Positions 63,204 through 64,000 of a DNA stretch of 64,000 nucleotides are shown piece by piece. Position 1 is the stretch's first letter. Every line of letters begins with the position of its first letter. The notes under the pieces were generated by a model. It searched no databases. It was not told the DNA's origin and worked only from the letters and a program-made list of their open reading frames with translations. Position numbers and translations under genes: made by a program. Source of the DNA: Octopus vulgaris (Eukaryota); assembly GCA_951406725.2 (NCBI GenBank), contig OX597832.1, positions 26,598,001 to 26,662,000 on the forward strand, given 5' to 3'.

Positions 63204-64000
63204 CTTGAGAAAGCAAAAAAAAAGATGGAATATTTTTAATGAAACAATGTCAGTTGAGATATTGGGATTGAAGTTAGGGAAACTGTTAGATGATAGTAGG
63301 TTACATAAAGCAGCACGACGAGGGTCCCATCTGATATGATCAACGGAACAGCTTGCTTGTGAAATTAACATGCAAGTGGCTGAGCACTCCACAGACACGT
63401 ATACCCTTACTGTAATTCTCAGGGAGATTCAGCATGACACAGAGTGTGACAAAGCTGGTCCCTTGAAATACATGTACAATTCATTTTTGCCAGCTGAATG
63501 GACTGGAGCAACGTGAAGTAAAATGTCTTGCTCAAGGACACGATGCATCATTGGGAATTGAACTCATGACCTTACGATCTTGAGCTGAATGCCCTAACCA
63601 CTAAGCCACTTAAGTTACCTATATGACACAGTAATAGTGAAATGTTTGTATAGTGTGTGTGTGCGTGTGTGTATCCATACCTGTGCCTATATATATATAT
63701 ACGTACATGGTTGATGCCAGGTCCACCTGACTAGCTCCTGTGCCAGTGGCACGTAAAAAGCACCGTTTGAACGTGGCCAATGCCAGTACTCCCTGACTAG
63801 TTCCCATGCTGCTGGCACGTAAAAAGCACTATCCAAACATAATCAATGCCAGGCCCACATGACTGACTCCTGTGCCGGTGGCATGTAAAAAGCACCCATC
63901 CACTCTCAGAGTGATTGGCGTGAGGAAGGGCATCCAGCTATAGAAACCTTGCCAAATCAGACTGGACTGGACCCTGGTGCAGCTGCTGGCTTTCTAGACC

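Overview
AT-rich, repeat-dense eukaryotic DNA with SINE, microsatellite and MITE content typical of an octopus (coleoid cephalopod) genome; the species assignment is an inference. The main content is the 3' part of a large minus-strand, multi-exon F-BAR + RhoGAP gene of the ARHGAP29/ARHGAP45(HMHA1)/GMIP family. I reconstructed 20 coding exons (63203 down to 16237) with GT-AG sites and continuous phases, plus a probable terminal exon at 11685-11815; the 5' end lies beyond the window and the family's usual C1 domain appears to be missing. Introns hold tRNA-derived SINEs, piggyBac-, hAT- and Tc1-type MITEs, LINE and Tc1 relics, and a Helitron-like piece, and a 3-kb 26-bp minisatellite lies downstream of the gene. 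Top observations: (1) an inverted intronic copy of a RhoGAP exon that matches the exon perfectly but lacks exactly the splice donor, a candidate editing-complementary or splicing-control duplex; (2) head-to-head elements joining a tRNA-like Pol III head to a minimal hammerhead ribozyme; (3) a compound piggyBac-MITE transposon that moved intervening DNA locally. Most entries in the ORF track are simple-repeat artefacts.
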